Shown here one piece after another: positions 53,999 through 64,000 of a stretch of DNA of 64,000 nt (the first letter of the stretch is position 1; each line of letters begins with the position of its first letter). This stretch comes from an uncultured Nitrososphaerales archaeon (GTDB lineage: Archaea; Thermoproteota; Nitrososphaeria; Nitrososphaerales; Nitrososphaeraceae). A model generated the notes under the pieces. The model made no database searches and was not told the origin of the DNA. It worked only from the letters and a program-made list of their open reading frames with translations. The DNA is taken from contig CAVOHZ010000010.1 of NCBI GenBank assembly GCA_963695855.1, forward strand, positions 1,152,001-1,216,000. The letters run 5' to 3'. The position numbers were made by a program, and so were the translations under genes.

Positions 53999-54823
53999 AT
54001 GTCTATAATAGATAAACTGATTTTAAGACCAGTACCTGATGTTGAAGAACTTTACAAAAATAGTCATGTAAAAGACGAATTACCAGAAATTTTAAAAATT
54101 TTAGCATTATGGGGAAAAAATACTACAAATCTATGGAGATTACATATTATCTTTGGGGTAACTGCTACAATTTTTTCAATACTTGCTGCCATTGGATTCA
54201 GTTCTACTGGAATCATTCCAGATACCTTAGATGATAAAAATAATTCAACCACGATAATGCAAGCTGCAGTAAAAGAAATAAAGCAATTACATGATCAAAA
54301 AATAGCAAGCCAGATTTTTGGCTTTCTAGCTGCAGTGAGTATCTCTTTAATGACTGCCTTTAACTTTGGAGCGAAATCAAATGATACAAGAAATGCATGG
54401 AGAGAACTGAATGCTGCTGTATTGAAATTCAATCAAAATATTATTGGAAAACGTGAAGTAATAGGTGTATACGAACATGCAGAAACATTAATCGGAGGAT
54501 TAATCTTTACAAAAGACGGAACAAGTCAACCGGGAACAAGTCAACCGGGAACAAGTCAACCGGGAACAAGTCAACCCGGAACAAGTCAACCGGGAACAAG
54601 TCAACCGGGAACAAGTCAACCGGGAACAAGTCAACCGGGAACAAGTCAACCCGGAACAAGTCAACCGGGAACAAGTCAACCGGGAACAAGTCAACCGGGA
54701 ACAAGTCAACCGGGAACAAGTCAACCCGGAACAAGTCAACCGGGAACAAGTCAACCGGGAACAAGTCAACCGGGAACAAGTCAACCGGGAACAAGTCAAC
54801 CGGGAACAAGTCAACAAAGTTAA
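53999..54823 (+). CDS. SLATT-like 2TM protein with (GTSQP)n tail
   Basis: W..H...G..AT..S TM1, GFLAAV...LMTAF TM2, RNAWREL helix; repeat tail. Confidence 0.7.
   Translation: MSIIDKLILRPVPDVEELYKNSHVKDELPEILKILALWGKNTTNLWRLHIIFGVTATIFSILAAIGFSSTGIIPDTLDDKNNSTTIMQAAVKEIKQLHDQKIASQIFGFLAAVSISLMTAFNFGAKSNDTRNAWRELNAAVLKFNQNIIGKREVIGVYEHAETLIGGLIFTKDGTSQPGTSQPGTSQPGTSQPGTSQPGTSQPGTSQPGTSQPGTSQPGTSQPGTSQPGTSQPGTSQPGTSQPGTSQPGTSQPGTSQPGTSQPGTSQPGTSQQS
54518..54814 (+). repeat. 15-bp tandem repeat GGAACAAGTCAACCS, 19 full units plus one partial
   Basis: Read directly; CCC variant in units 4, 9 and 14. Confidence 0.98.
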
Positions 54824-55208
54824 AAGATCAAAATAAGCTCAGTTATTAAATATATGATTTAATTATATTCTTTACTACAAAAATCTTACAAAAGAGTAAC
54901 AAAAAAGATTTCACTTTTCCCATTGTATTTTTTTCTGAACCACAAATTCGAGTTGAAAACCTATGAGTACCTCTGATTTATCAGTTAAACCAAATTTTGA
55001 AAAGACTTGATAAAAAGGATAATCTCCTATCTTAGGAAATAGGATATATATTTGATTTATTGGCATGCAATTTTACCCATAATAAATCCTTTGATAGATT
55101 GCTGAATTTTATCACAGATATGTGCATTATTCAATGTGTAACATAGACTATCTCAATATTATTTGACCAAAATATATATATTCATTCAATCAATTTGGTT
55201 ATAAAATA

Positions 55209-55475
55209 ATGGTTTCAGAATTTAATGATGTCAATGTAACTGGAATGGATGTAAAAAAGGATTCCAAAACAAAGCTATCTCTATGGGGTGGTGGTCCTGA
55301 TGTCGGTTGGTATAATATTACGAATAATCATGACAGTGCATTTAATGGGATGGTAAATGTATTTACTGCAGCAGCAATGCTTGGAAACAAGAAAGTGACG
55401 GTTGTATTTGGTGGCTCCTTTAGTGGTTCGCCGCCTACAGATAAAGAAATTGAACAAGTCATTATGCTAGGATAG
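55209..55475 (+). CDS. hypothetical protein
   Basis: 88-aa ORF, ATG start, AT-rich TATA-like sequence upstream. Confidence 0.7.
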   Translation: MVSEFNDVNVTGMDVKKDSKTKLSLWGGGPDVGWYNITNNHDSAFNGMVNVFTAAAMLGNKKVTVVFGGSFSGSPPTDKEIEQVIMLG

Positions 55476-55616
55476 TATCTTATAAGAAAATTGTAATAAG
55501 ATCTAATATTTCTTTAAAATAGTAAAATATTAAAACAATATAATTTGATCTCTTGTAAGGAGAATTTGAGTCCTCTAAGCTTAACAACAGGATCTTATTC
55601 AACTAATGATAATAAG

Positions 55617-56150
55617 CTATTTTTGAGCTATTGCATATAACGCGTTACTTCCAAAACTTTGACTCTATTTTCCTTAATTAAATCTGTATTTGCCTCTTTA
55701 ATCTTTGTATAAAGAACAGGATCTAATTGGTCTATAATCCATCCAAGCCCTGATCCTAAAGCAATGGTCCGCCAATCTTCAGGATTATTCAATAATTGAG
55801 ATGCCGCCTCTTCTTTTATAATTACATTTATTATATCGCTTTCTTCAAATAATTTTTTTAAATTATCATTATTACTAATTTTATCCCAAAGATTATATGA
55901 TTATAACAAGCCAGGTCTATGCTTTTGATACCTATTCCAATGAGAATACGCTGGTTCAAACATTCTTGGTCCCCAAGTAATAACCGCTAACTTTCCTTAT
56001 GGTTTAACCAGTCTCCACATCTCATCAATCTGTCTTTTCATGTTATCTGCAAAAAAGATGACAAAAATACAAACTACAGTATCAAATTCACCGTCGCAAA
56101 AATATATAAGATTAGTCATGCCTCGATTACGAAATTCAATATCTTTAAAA
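55617..56150 (-). pseudogene. decayed class I SAM methyltransferase
   Basis: FDTVVCIFVIFF, MWRLVKP*GKLAVITWGP, PEDWRTIALGSG with stops and frameshifts. Confidence 0.75.
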
Positions 56151-56173
56151 GATAAGGTATTAAAAAATTAGTA

Positions 56174-56740
56174 ATGATAATAATCACTTTAAGTGGTGTT
56201 ATTATTCTTGTTATCCTCAATTTTTCTGTAATTACTAATATTTACGGACAAGAAAATATTAATAATACAACACTAAGAAAAACATTCTATTTTGAAATTG
56301 AAATTCCAGATGATTGGATATATCGAAAGTTTTCGAATGCTTATGCTACAGGCCTTTTAGGGTTTGGTCCATCTAACTCTCTAGTTGCAATACCAGTAGA
56401 ATATTGGGGTTCAAACACGAGTTATGCAGTAGCACAATTTAGACAAGATGCTTATTATGGTGTCAAAAATGCACCTCTTGATGCGTATGTAAAATATAAG
56501 TTAGCCGAACAAGATGCAATGAAAGTTATTACGCAGAAAGATATAATTCTGGCTAATGAGACCTCAAGACAGATATATGCAGAAGGAATTGGAAAATTCG
56601 AAGGATTCAAGTTCTTAGAATATTATGCATTTCATAATAAAGAACCATATATAATAGCATACTATGCATCTAATCCTGTATATGAAAAATATCTTCCAGA
56701 CTTTCAAAAAATGGTAAATTCATTCAAGTGGATAAATTGA
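56174..56740 (+). CDS. secreted PsbP-like protein
   Basis: FEIEIPDDW, YIIAY, YEKYLPDFQKMVNSFK. Confidence 0.75.
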   Translation: MIIITLSGVIILVILNFSVITNIYGQENINNTTLRKTFYFEIEIPDDWIYRKFSNAYATGLLGFGPSNSLVAIPVEYWGSNTSYAVAQFRQDAYYGVKNAPLDAYVKYKLAEQDAMKVITQKDIILANETSRQIYAEGIGKFEGFKFLEYYAFHNKEPYIIAYYASNPVYEKYLPDFQKMVNSFKWIN

Positions 56741-57009
56741 AAATAATTCGTTAGAAGGTATAGCCCTTATATTTTTATTATTTTTTGTTTCTAGTCTTGG
56801 TACATTTACAGGATTATTGTTGGTCAAACCTTCAGACTTTCCCCTTAGTTCATCTTTTACTATTCATTTTCTTTGAATAATTACGTTCTCTTCAATTGAA
56901 GGCTACGCTCATTTTACAAAATATCGCTAGAGTAATAGATAAATATGCAATTACATACTATTTAATATAACTACCAATAAATTAATAAATACATTCTCGA
57001 ATTAAGGTT

Positions 57010-57250
57010 ATACCAGCATTTTTAGACGTACACACTATTCCTTCTCTAGACAATGAAAAAGTAGAAGAATTAATAGGTTCCAATGACGAGTTTGATGTTA
57101 CCCCCATTAACATTCTGTTTAATAGAGATGTGAATCTAAGCTACTGTCTGCAGGAGGGAGGCACCCAACAAGGAAGCAGTAGAAAAACATCATTCCAAAT
57201 TCAATTTGAAATGTGAGTAGATTACAGAAGTAACTATGGCCAAAAAATAA
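57010..57250 (+). pseudogene. DUF4242/SCO4226-like nickel-binding protein pseudogene
   Basis: PAFLDVH...YCL..EAPNKEAVEKHH...CE*ITEV; ATA start, frameshift, TAG. Confidence 0.75.
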
Positions 57251-57372
57251 AATAAAATAAAATAAAATATCGCTAGAGTAGTTGAATAATTAATCGTGAA
57301 AGAATTTTTTATTCATAATAATACTTATCCATAACTTTTTTATTACGATTAAAAAAATTATCTAACTAACAA

Positions 57373-57762
57373 ATGGTATTAAATAATGAATTTCATTCTG
57401 TTTTTATTGAAAATATAATCAATTGCGAGCAGTCTATAAGATGGGTAGGAATAACTGATCATACCGGTACTATTATAAATGAAAGACTTAGAGAAGGGCT
57501 AAAGCGCCTCCTTACCGAAGAAGAAAATAATCAGTTTGCAAAAAATTCAATAATTAGGCATAAAGCAAGATTAAAATTTGAATCAAAAATGGGTAAATTA
57601 ATGTATGCATTTAGGAGATATGAAAACATGAGTAGATGTCTAATTCCAATCAATGAAGGTTATTACCTATTTTTAACTATGGATTTTGAGGAAAGTAATT
57701 TTGATGAAATAATAATGGAAAAAATTATTCCTTTTATTCAAAAAGAAAAGAGAAATTTATAA
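57373..57762 (+). CDS. DUF6659-like (roadblock/PAS-like) protein
   Basis: IRWVGI...G.I...REGLKRLLT.EE, MGKLMY pattern common in Thaumarchaeota. Confidence 0.75.
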   Translation: MVLNNEFHSVFIENIINCEQSIRWVGITDHTGTIINERLREGLKRLLTEEENNQFAKNSIIRHKARLKFESKMGKLMYAFRRYENMSRCLIPINEGYYLFLTMDFEESNFDEIIMEKIIPFIQKEKRNL

Positions 57763-58092
57763 ATTAATAATTCTCTTTCGGGTTATTCGTATCGCATCTC
57801 ATCTCTCTTCGTCCTTCAACATTCTGAATCTATCATGGTAACATAATTAGAAAATGATCTTTAGGTACAAAATGAAATTATCAGCGTAACAATATCGCTA
57901 GAGCAATAAAATTATAATTATAATTTTATTTTTATCAAGTATTATATTATTTTTACAAGATAGATAGAAACTCAAGACTCACTCTACAGTAGGAATAAGG
58001 AATAGCACTTAAATACAGATAGCAATAGACACTTAAACATTTTCAATCTATTAGTCAAATAAATAAATAACATATTATGGGAATGAAATTTT

Positions 58093-58585
58093 CTAACCTC
58101 CTACTTTCAATGAAACCGTTTTTATTGTATCATCATACAACCAGTTGTTATAGTCATAAACATCTTTAGAAGTTTTTCCAATGACACAAACATCATACTC
58201 AGAATATAAAAAATCATTAATATGAAATTCTAATTTCTATTTCTTCTCATCAACAACATTTATCTCTTGATTTTCATAGTTATTTGCTGATCTTAATGAT
58301 ATAATTATAACATCGTCCGGTATATCTTGATCAATTTTTACATTCACCTTTACTTCAAAAGTAGGTTGTGTTTTCATTCATATATTCATCCCATTCTTCC
58401 TCATTGGAAAACTTTCCTAATTTGGATTCAATATCTTCTGTAGTTTTTTCTAATTCCGATTCTACCGCCTTATCTGAGATACTATTCACATCACTGGATC
58501 CACCTGTAATGGCTATCGTTCTATCCGTTTGTTTATCTTCTGTTTCATCAATACTGATTTGTAGAGACCTATGTCTCATTGTCAT
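58093..58585 (-). pseudogene. decayed acidic hypothetical gene
   Basis: ORF 58355-58585 followed by coding-like VNVKIDQDIPDD...LKVGG with an internal stop. Confidence 0.35.
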
Positions 58586-58764
58586 TATTGCCTTCGATAC
58601 CTTCTTGTTGTTGATAACTACTATCGGAAAAGTAAAAATCTATGAAATTAAAACTGACTAAACAAATTATACAAGTTATTTTCTTTGTGGATACCAATTA
58701 ATTTGATTACTTTATTATGGATATAATATTTTTCATACTTTAAAAATAATTAACAAGAAATGAG

Positions 58765-59151
58765 TTAGTAAGGTATCAAAGAATTGACATGCTTTATGAA
58801 AATATCTTTTGCAACTTTTTTGCAGACGTAACATTCTTCTCCAAATTCTGGATGCATTTCTGCCAAGACTTTATAATTTATTAATGATGATGTCATAAAA
58901 CATATTTTAAATTGTTGTGGTGTACCTTCTACCATTTTTGAAATGTCAATTAACTTATTATAAAGATCAAAACCATCCGTCATAGACATTCTATAACCAA
59001 TAAGAACTAGATCATAGTCTTGAGATCTAAAATTTTTTTCTGCTAATTGTGGGTCGTTTATTAAAGTTAGATTGAAACCTTCTTCTTCCAACCATTTCTT
59101 ATATCTTAAAGAAGTGTCAAGATCATCATCAACTATTAAGATATTTTTCAA
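58765..59151 (-). CDS. stand-alone receiver domain lacking the phospho-acceptor Asp
   Basis: ILIVDDD, YDLVLIGYRMS (G where D is expected), DGFDL, CFMT; TTG start inferred. Confidence 0.85.
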   Translation of the reverse strand: MKNILIVDDDLDTSLRYKKWLEEEGFNLTLINDPQLAEKNFRSQDYDLVLIGYRMSMTDGFDLYNKLIDISKMVEGTPQQFKICFMTSSLINYKVLAEMHPEFGEECYVCKKVAKDIFIKHVNSLIPY

Positions 59152-59542
59152 TATAATGTAATTAATAGTGCAGGTTATTAAAAAATGATATTCTAGAGAG
59201 CTGAATCCCATTATGACGAAATTCCAGAGATATAATTTTTAACGAATAATGAACAGTGGGTCCTAGTAATATTTCATTTCAAATATCAGAAACGCTATTA
59301 ATAATATTGAAGGTGATAGAAACAGAAATATGAACAATACCCGTTGCTATGGTTGCAATGCTTCCATCTAATGGAATCCTGAAAAAGGAGAGTATTGGGA
59401 ATTACAGAAAAACAGGAAACACGTTTGCCCATATCTGCAGAAACAAGAGCAAGAAATATACTAGCAGTATTGTGACTATTTCAATATAATGCACAGTGTA
59501 TTTCATTATTAAATAGAAAGATGTTAAAGAAATTTCCTACAA

Positions 59543-59725
59543 TTGTATATAGAAGAAAAAAATAAAATAAAAAGTTATACCACATTCATTATCATAGCAT
59601 TGATCATAGTGTTTATTGCAGCATTAGCAATAATATCAGTCTATGATCTTTTTGTTCATGACATTACAAATAATTTCACTGAACTTTGTGCACGATATGG
59701 CTTCCCTGTATCTCTAGGATGTTGA
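59543..59725 (+). CDS. small membrane protein
   Basis: One TM segment; C...C tail. Confidence 0.5.
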   Translation: MYIEEKNKIKSYTTFIIIALIIVFIAALAIISVYDLFVHDITNNFTELCARYGFPVSLGC

Positions 59726-59824
59726 CGCCTTTATTTATATTTTCGAATTGATTAATTGTAATATACAGAACTCGTCATATTATTAAATTTCAATTATAAA
59801 TTAATTAATTAATTATTATAACAT

Positions 59825-60307
59825 ATGAAAAATTTCGTTTTTAGAGAATTCAAATTTACTGAAGGTAGACTAGTTGTATTTAGTTTAGTACGAATGGTTC
59901 TAGTACTAGTTATATCTTTGATGTTAATTGGGAATGGAGTAGTCGGACATGTTGCAAACACATACAAGGAAATAAAAGCCACAGTCGCATTCAAAAACAT
60001 TGATGGCGATATCAAGGTTGTAGGTATTATAGGAAATATTGGAATAAATCCTACATTAGTGTCTAGAAGCGGGGAAACAGAATATGCTCTTAACGTCATT
60101 AATGAAGATAAAGAACCACATATGTTTTACATTGATGGATTAAATGTTCATACAAAATTACTAAGATTTGGAGAAAATGATACAATAACTATACGTCCAG
60201 ATAACGAAGGAACATACAATTACTATGATAGGGTTTCTTTGGAGAAAAATAATGGTTCAATAATACCAATTGGCGAATTCAAAACTTTGAGGGTAGCAGG
60301 AGATTGA
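59825..60307 (+). CDS. secreted cupredoxin-like protein
   Basis: NPTL, VINEDKEPHMFYI, GTYNYY; type-1 Cu Cys absent. Confidence 0.7.
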   Translation: MKNFVFREFKFTEGRLVVFSLVRMVLVLVISLMLIGNGVVGHVANTYKEIKATVAFKNIDGDIKVVGIIGNIGINPTLVSRSGETEYALNVINEDKEPHMFYIDGLNVHTKLLRFGENDTITIRPDNEGTYNYYDRVSLEKNNGSIIPIGEFKTLRVAGD

Positions 60308-60534
60308 AAGAATTAGTTCAAGATATTGGAGAGTTTTATATTTATTTTATTTATCAATCAGAATTAAAATTTTTAATGTTCTATCAAACTCGGTCAATAG
60401 TAGTCTGGACATGCATTCCTACCTTGTCCAGTTCGAAAATTCTATGTTATTATATTGACTTTATTCTTCCGTCTCTTTATTATTCTTGGCTTGGTACAGA
60501 ATTGAAAAAAATTCCATAAATGGAAATTAATTTA

Positions 60535-60873
60535 TCAATTTAAGGCATTATTCACAAATGCTTCGTATTTTTCCTTTGGAGAAACTCCCACCGTTCGAGC
60601 TATCTCATTGCCATTTTTAAACAATACTAGTGAAGGTATAGATTGAATATTATATTTTACTGCAATTTCTTCATTTTGATCAACGTTAATTTTAGACACT
60701 TTAACTTTTCCGTCTAGAGAGTAAGCTAATTGTTCAACAATTGGACCAACCATTTTACAGGGACCACACCACTCTGCCCAAAAATCCACTAGCACTGGGA
60801 TATCAGAATTCAAAACTTTATCGTTCCAATTTGTTGTATTCAATGAAACAACTTTTTCTAATTCTTTTGTCAT
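60535..60873 (-). CDS. trxA: thioredoxin
   Basis: VDFWAEWCGPCK, IQSIP. Confidence 0.97.
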   Translation of the reverse strand: MTKELEKVVSLNTTNWNDKVLNSDIPVLVDFWAEWCGPCKMVGPIVEQLAYSLDGKVKVSKINVDQNEEIAVKYNIQSIPSLVLFKNGNEIARTVGVSPKEKYEAFVNNALN

Positions 60874-61421
60874 AATATATATATTATCGTATTAGGTAAT
60901 TATAGACCTACAATTTCAAATAAAGTCACAACAGAGTGTATATTTATACCATCTTCAAACATGAATAGATCAATATGTTTGTCAAAATATTGACTAATTC
61001 TTGCTTTTGAAACCATATTTCTTAACTTTACAAAATAAAATTTAGACAAATTTATTTTTCATCTATCTTAATTATAACATTTTTTTACCATCTGTTTTCT
61101 TGACTTCTCGGTTTTTGACATCTTGCAAATATTCTAGTACATTATTTCAAAAGTACCAACAACAATGAACTCTGGTCAGTGGGAGATCAAGTCATTTTTT
61201 TTACTTGGGATAGTGTTCGTTTCTCATATCGGTTTCAATTGGATGGTCACTTCTCTCTATTAGCTTGATTCTCTTTATCTCTTTTATCCTAATCGATAAA
61301 GTGATTGGACCAAATCCTATATAGATTTCTTTTATCTTTATGTTATTAATTATTTTTTTTGTTATAAAAGGTGTATAGATATGAAAAATAACATATATTT
61401 ACAAGAATCATTAATTTGTCA

Positions 61422-62213
61422 TTAATTATCTATTTTATTGTAATCGTTATTTTTTATAGGATAAATTAAAGATTTATTTTCATTTACTATGTCACCAATT
61501 GATTCTATTATTCTTGTAGAATATCTGAAAGCTTTGTTAATATCTGAAGGATTGTCATTTGTTTCTACGATGATATTATTCTCAGACAGATACACAACTA
61601 TTTCGATACGGTTTTCTATATCTTTCCATTTTAACTGATACCCTGTTAATGTTTGTACCATACCTACCCATCTTAAGTTATCAAACCATTTTCCTGAAAT
61701 ACTTTGAACTATTTTTTTATTAACAAGTTTGTATGGTACATATACTTGAAGGATTTGCGAATATTTTGTTTGATTACTTCTTTCTTCATTTGATGAACCC
61801 TTCAGATTTGAAAATATTATTTTTCCATCTTTCGTAGATTTATATCCTAATTTGGTTCTCTCAATCAAACCCAATTCTTGTAGTCGTCTCAGTGATCTTG
61901 ACAAAATTTCTTGATGTATATCTAACATACTTTTCAGTCCATTAAATGAAAATGTGGATATAGTATTTTCATCTTCATTACCATACAAAATATTCATAAT
62001 ATCTATATCATGTTGTCTAAGGTCTGAGAGAGATATAGAGGAATCATTATCATATATCTTTTGTTTATCGGGAAACGATGTAAGTAAAATGGTTAAATTG
62101 TCATTATCTATATTATTATTTTTATTTTCAATTTTGGTATTTTCTTTTACTTTTATTTTACACACCACATTAACTATATTAATGTAAGTATATATAAATT
62201 GGTAAGTGCGCAT
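61422..62213 (-). CDS. winged-helix domain protein
   Basis: FSFNGLK...IHQEILSRSLRRLQELGLIER; start probably downstream of the annotated Met. Confidence 0.75.
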   Translation of the reverse strand: MRTYQFIYTYINIVNVVCKIKVKENTKIENKNNNIDNDNLTILLTSFPDKQKIYDNDSSISLSDLRQHDIDIMNILYGNEDENTISTFSFNGLKSMLDIHQEILSRSLRRLQELGLIERTKLGYKSTKDGKIIFSNLKGSSNEERSNQTKYSQILQVYVPYKLVNKKIVQSISGKWFDNLRWVGMVQTLTGYQLKWKDIENRIEIVVYLSENNIIVETNDNPSDINKAFRYSTRIIESIGDIVNENKSLIYPIKNNDYNKIDN

Positions 62214-62285
62214 GTATAAAGCAACTTACTATATGGTAAGTAAAATAAAATCATTTAATAACAGAAGACATAAAAATAAAAATAG

Positions 62286-63284
62286 TTATGGCTGATTCTC
62301 CAATATCACTGAAACATTAAATCGTCTTCCATATCTATTTACAGATAATGAAGTTTTTTCGTTTATCTTCTTCTTTTTGATTTGAGATGAAAGCTCTGTT
62401 ATTTCTTCTATCCTTTTATCATCAATCTCCTCGATAATATCACCTGGTCTTATTCCTGCATCAGCTGCGGGACTATATTCTTCCACCTTTACAACTAGTG
62501 CACCTTCATTGGTTGGTAACCGATAATATCTAGCTATTCTACCGGTTATCTTGATCGTAGAGATGCCTAACCATGGTCTATTAACTTTCCCATATTGTAT
62601 TAACTCCTCTAAGACCTTTTTTGCAGTATTTACAGGAATTGCAAATCCTATTCCATGGGCATACGGTATTTTTGCGGTATTGATGGCAATTACTTCGCCG
62701 CTAGTATTTACTAAAGGTCCCCCAGAATTGCCCGGATTTATTGCTGCATCGGTTTGAACCAATTCTAATACTCCATCTTCAAGTTCGATGTTCCTATTTA
62801 TGGAACTAATAATTCCTGTTGTAACCGTAGGTCCTCCTGTTAGACCAAAAGGATTGCCAACAGCAATGACTATTTGACCCACTTTTAGAATATCAGAATT
62901 TCCTAATTTAGCAAATGGCACTGAGGTTATTGACTTGTTATCATGATAATTAGTATCATTATTATTGTTAGAGTCATCAAAACTATTCGAATTCAATTCA
63001 ATTTTTAATACAGCAAGGTCAGTGAGCTTATCAGTTCCGATTACTTTAGCATTAAATGTTCTTCCATCATGTAATGTAACTTTTAATCTCCTGGCATGGT
63101 CGACTACATGATAATTTGTGAGTATATGACCTTGATTATCAAAGATAATGCCAGATCCTACACCTTCAATTGGAAATATACGGAAGAGCTGATCAGTTAC
63201 CATTTTGACACTCGCAATATTAACTACATTCTTAGTTATTTTTTCAATAGCGTCGATAAATGTTTCTTCAGTTATAGGAATCAG
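62286..63284 (-). CDS. htrA: HtrA/DegP serine protease with PDZ domain
   Basis: [34 protein letters not shown]; frame open upstream to CTG at 63284. Confidence 0.93.
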   Translation of the reverse strand: MIPITEETFIDAIEKITKNVVNIASVKMVTDQLFRIFPIEGVGSGIIFDNQGHILTNYHVVDHARRLKVTLHDGRTFNAKVIGTDKLTDLAVLKIELNSNSFDDSNNNNDTNYHDNKSITSVPFAKLGNSDILKVGQIVIAVGNPFGLTGGPTVTTGIISSINRNIELEDGVLELVQTDAAINPGNSGGPLVNTSGEVIAINTAKIPYAHGIGFAIPVNTAKKVLEELIQYGKVNRPWLGISTIKITGRIARYYRLPTNEGALVVKVEEYSPAADAGIRPGDIIEEIDDKRIEEITELSSQIKKKKINEKTSLSVNRYGRRFNVSVILENQP

Positions 63285-64000
63285 AATTTTATACCTCCTC
63301 GTTCTAGAGGTGATTTAGGTTTTGATGGCGTAATCGGTAGTTTCTTTATCGTTGGTTGACTTATGATTATATCATACATACTTGTATTATATTAGAAGGA
63401 GATGACTAAATTGATTAATTTTTAAATATTTGGTCACCATCAATAATAACACTTTCTAATCGATGCTGTTTAGAGAATCTACAAAGTATTAAATGGCCAA
63501 ATATAAAAAAAGGGAGGTCATGACTACCTGATGAGAACTACAACCATGCAGAGTTTTTTTTATGTCAGGCGAACGTCTGTAGCAACCAAGTATTATCATC
63601 AGACAGACGACACTCCCCAACTTCAAAAAGTACAGAAAAGGTTATAACGGTTATAGAAAGATGTGCAAAAATGTAATCAAGAATCACATTTTCACCGAAG
63701 CACTTTCATCTAAAACAGACTTTTAAAGGGAAAGCAAAGATGAATGACATGAAATTCAAATAAACCGATTTTAAGATAGTAAGGCCTCAGAGGCCTACCG
63801 CAAGGATAAAACATTGTCTTAACTTTTGGGAAAAACTTTAATATGATTATCAAAAAATTCTGTAGATATGTCTTCACAATCCATTCTTACAAATAAAGAT
63901 CCAGCGATAACCATAAAGATTATCAAATATATGATTATGGAACATTATGAATGTCCTCCAGACTCCAAGTATTGTCTAGAACTATTTACAGAAAGTAGAA

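Larger units (their letters stand above)
56920..57905 (+). repeat. AATATCGCTAGAG motif at 56920, 57266 and 57891 (inverted copy at 39421-39440)
   Basis: 13-19 bp identities in successive intergenic spaces. Confidence 0.7.

Noticed and set aside
54500-54817. Tandem repeat as a second CRISPR array, and its antisense ORFs (LTCSR, LFPVD)
   Set aside because: No unique spacers; it is an in-frame coding repeat and the antisense ORFs are by-products
59329-59462. Zinc-finger-like remnant RCYGCNASI*WN...HVCP
   Set aside because: Too short and interrupted to support a call

Overview
AT-rich (about 30% GC) archaeal accessory region. Gene content (F420-dependent LLM/PPOX enzymes, MCO-ZIP-DtxR cluster, IS6/IS5 debris, Nitrososphaeraceae-type integrase remnant) points to a soil ammonia-oxidising thaumarchaeote, probably Nitrosocosmicus-like; this is an inference. 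No rRNA or complete tRNA was found. Main elements: (1) a cas-less CRISPR array (13 full 30-bp repeats plus a truncated one) lying 74 bp from a decayed RNase J/beta-CASP-like gene and downstream of a non-canonical NurA-like/HerA pair; (2) a family of dispersed tRNA-3'-end-like repeats in the first 18 kb that separate single genes, including a 34-bp inverted pair enclosing the metal operon beside an integrase remnant; (3) two full-length IS elements with clear TIRs and TSDs, plus many remnants; (4) unusual proteins: a ferritin-like/nucleotide cyclase fusion, a secreted His/Asp-rich peptide, a SLATT-like 2TM protein with a (GTSQP)19 tail, and a two-repeat paralog pair. All product calls come from motif recognition by eye; no database searches were run.
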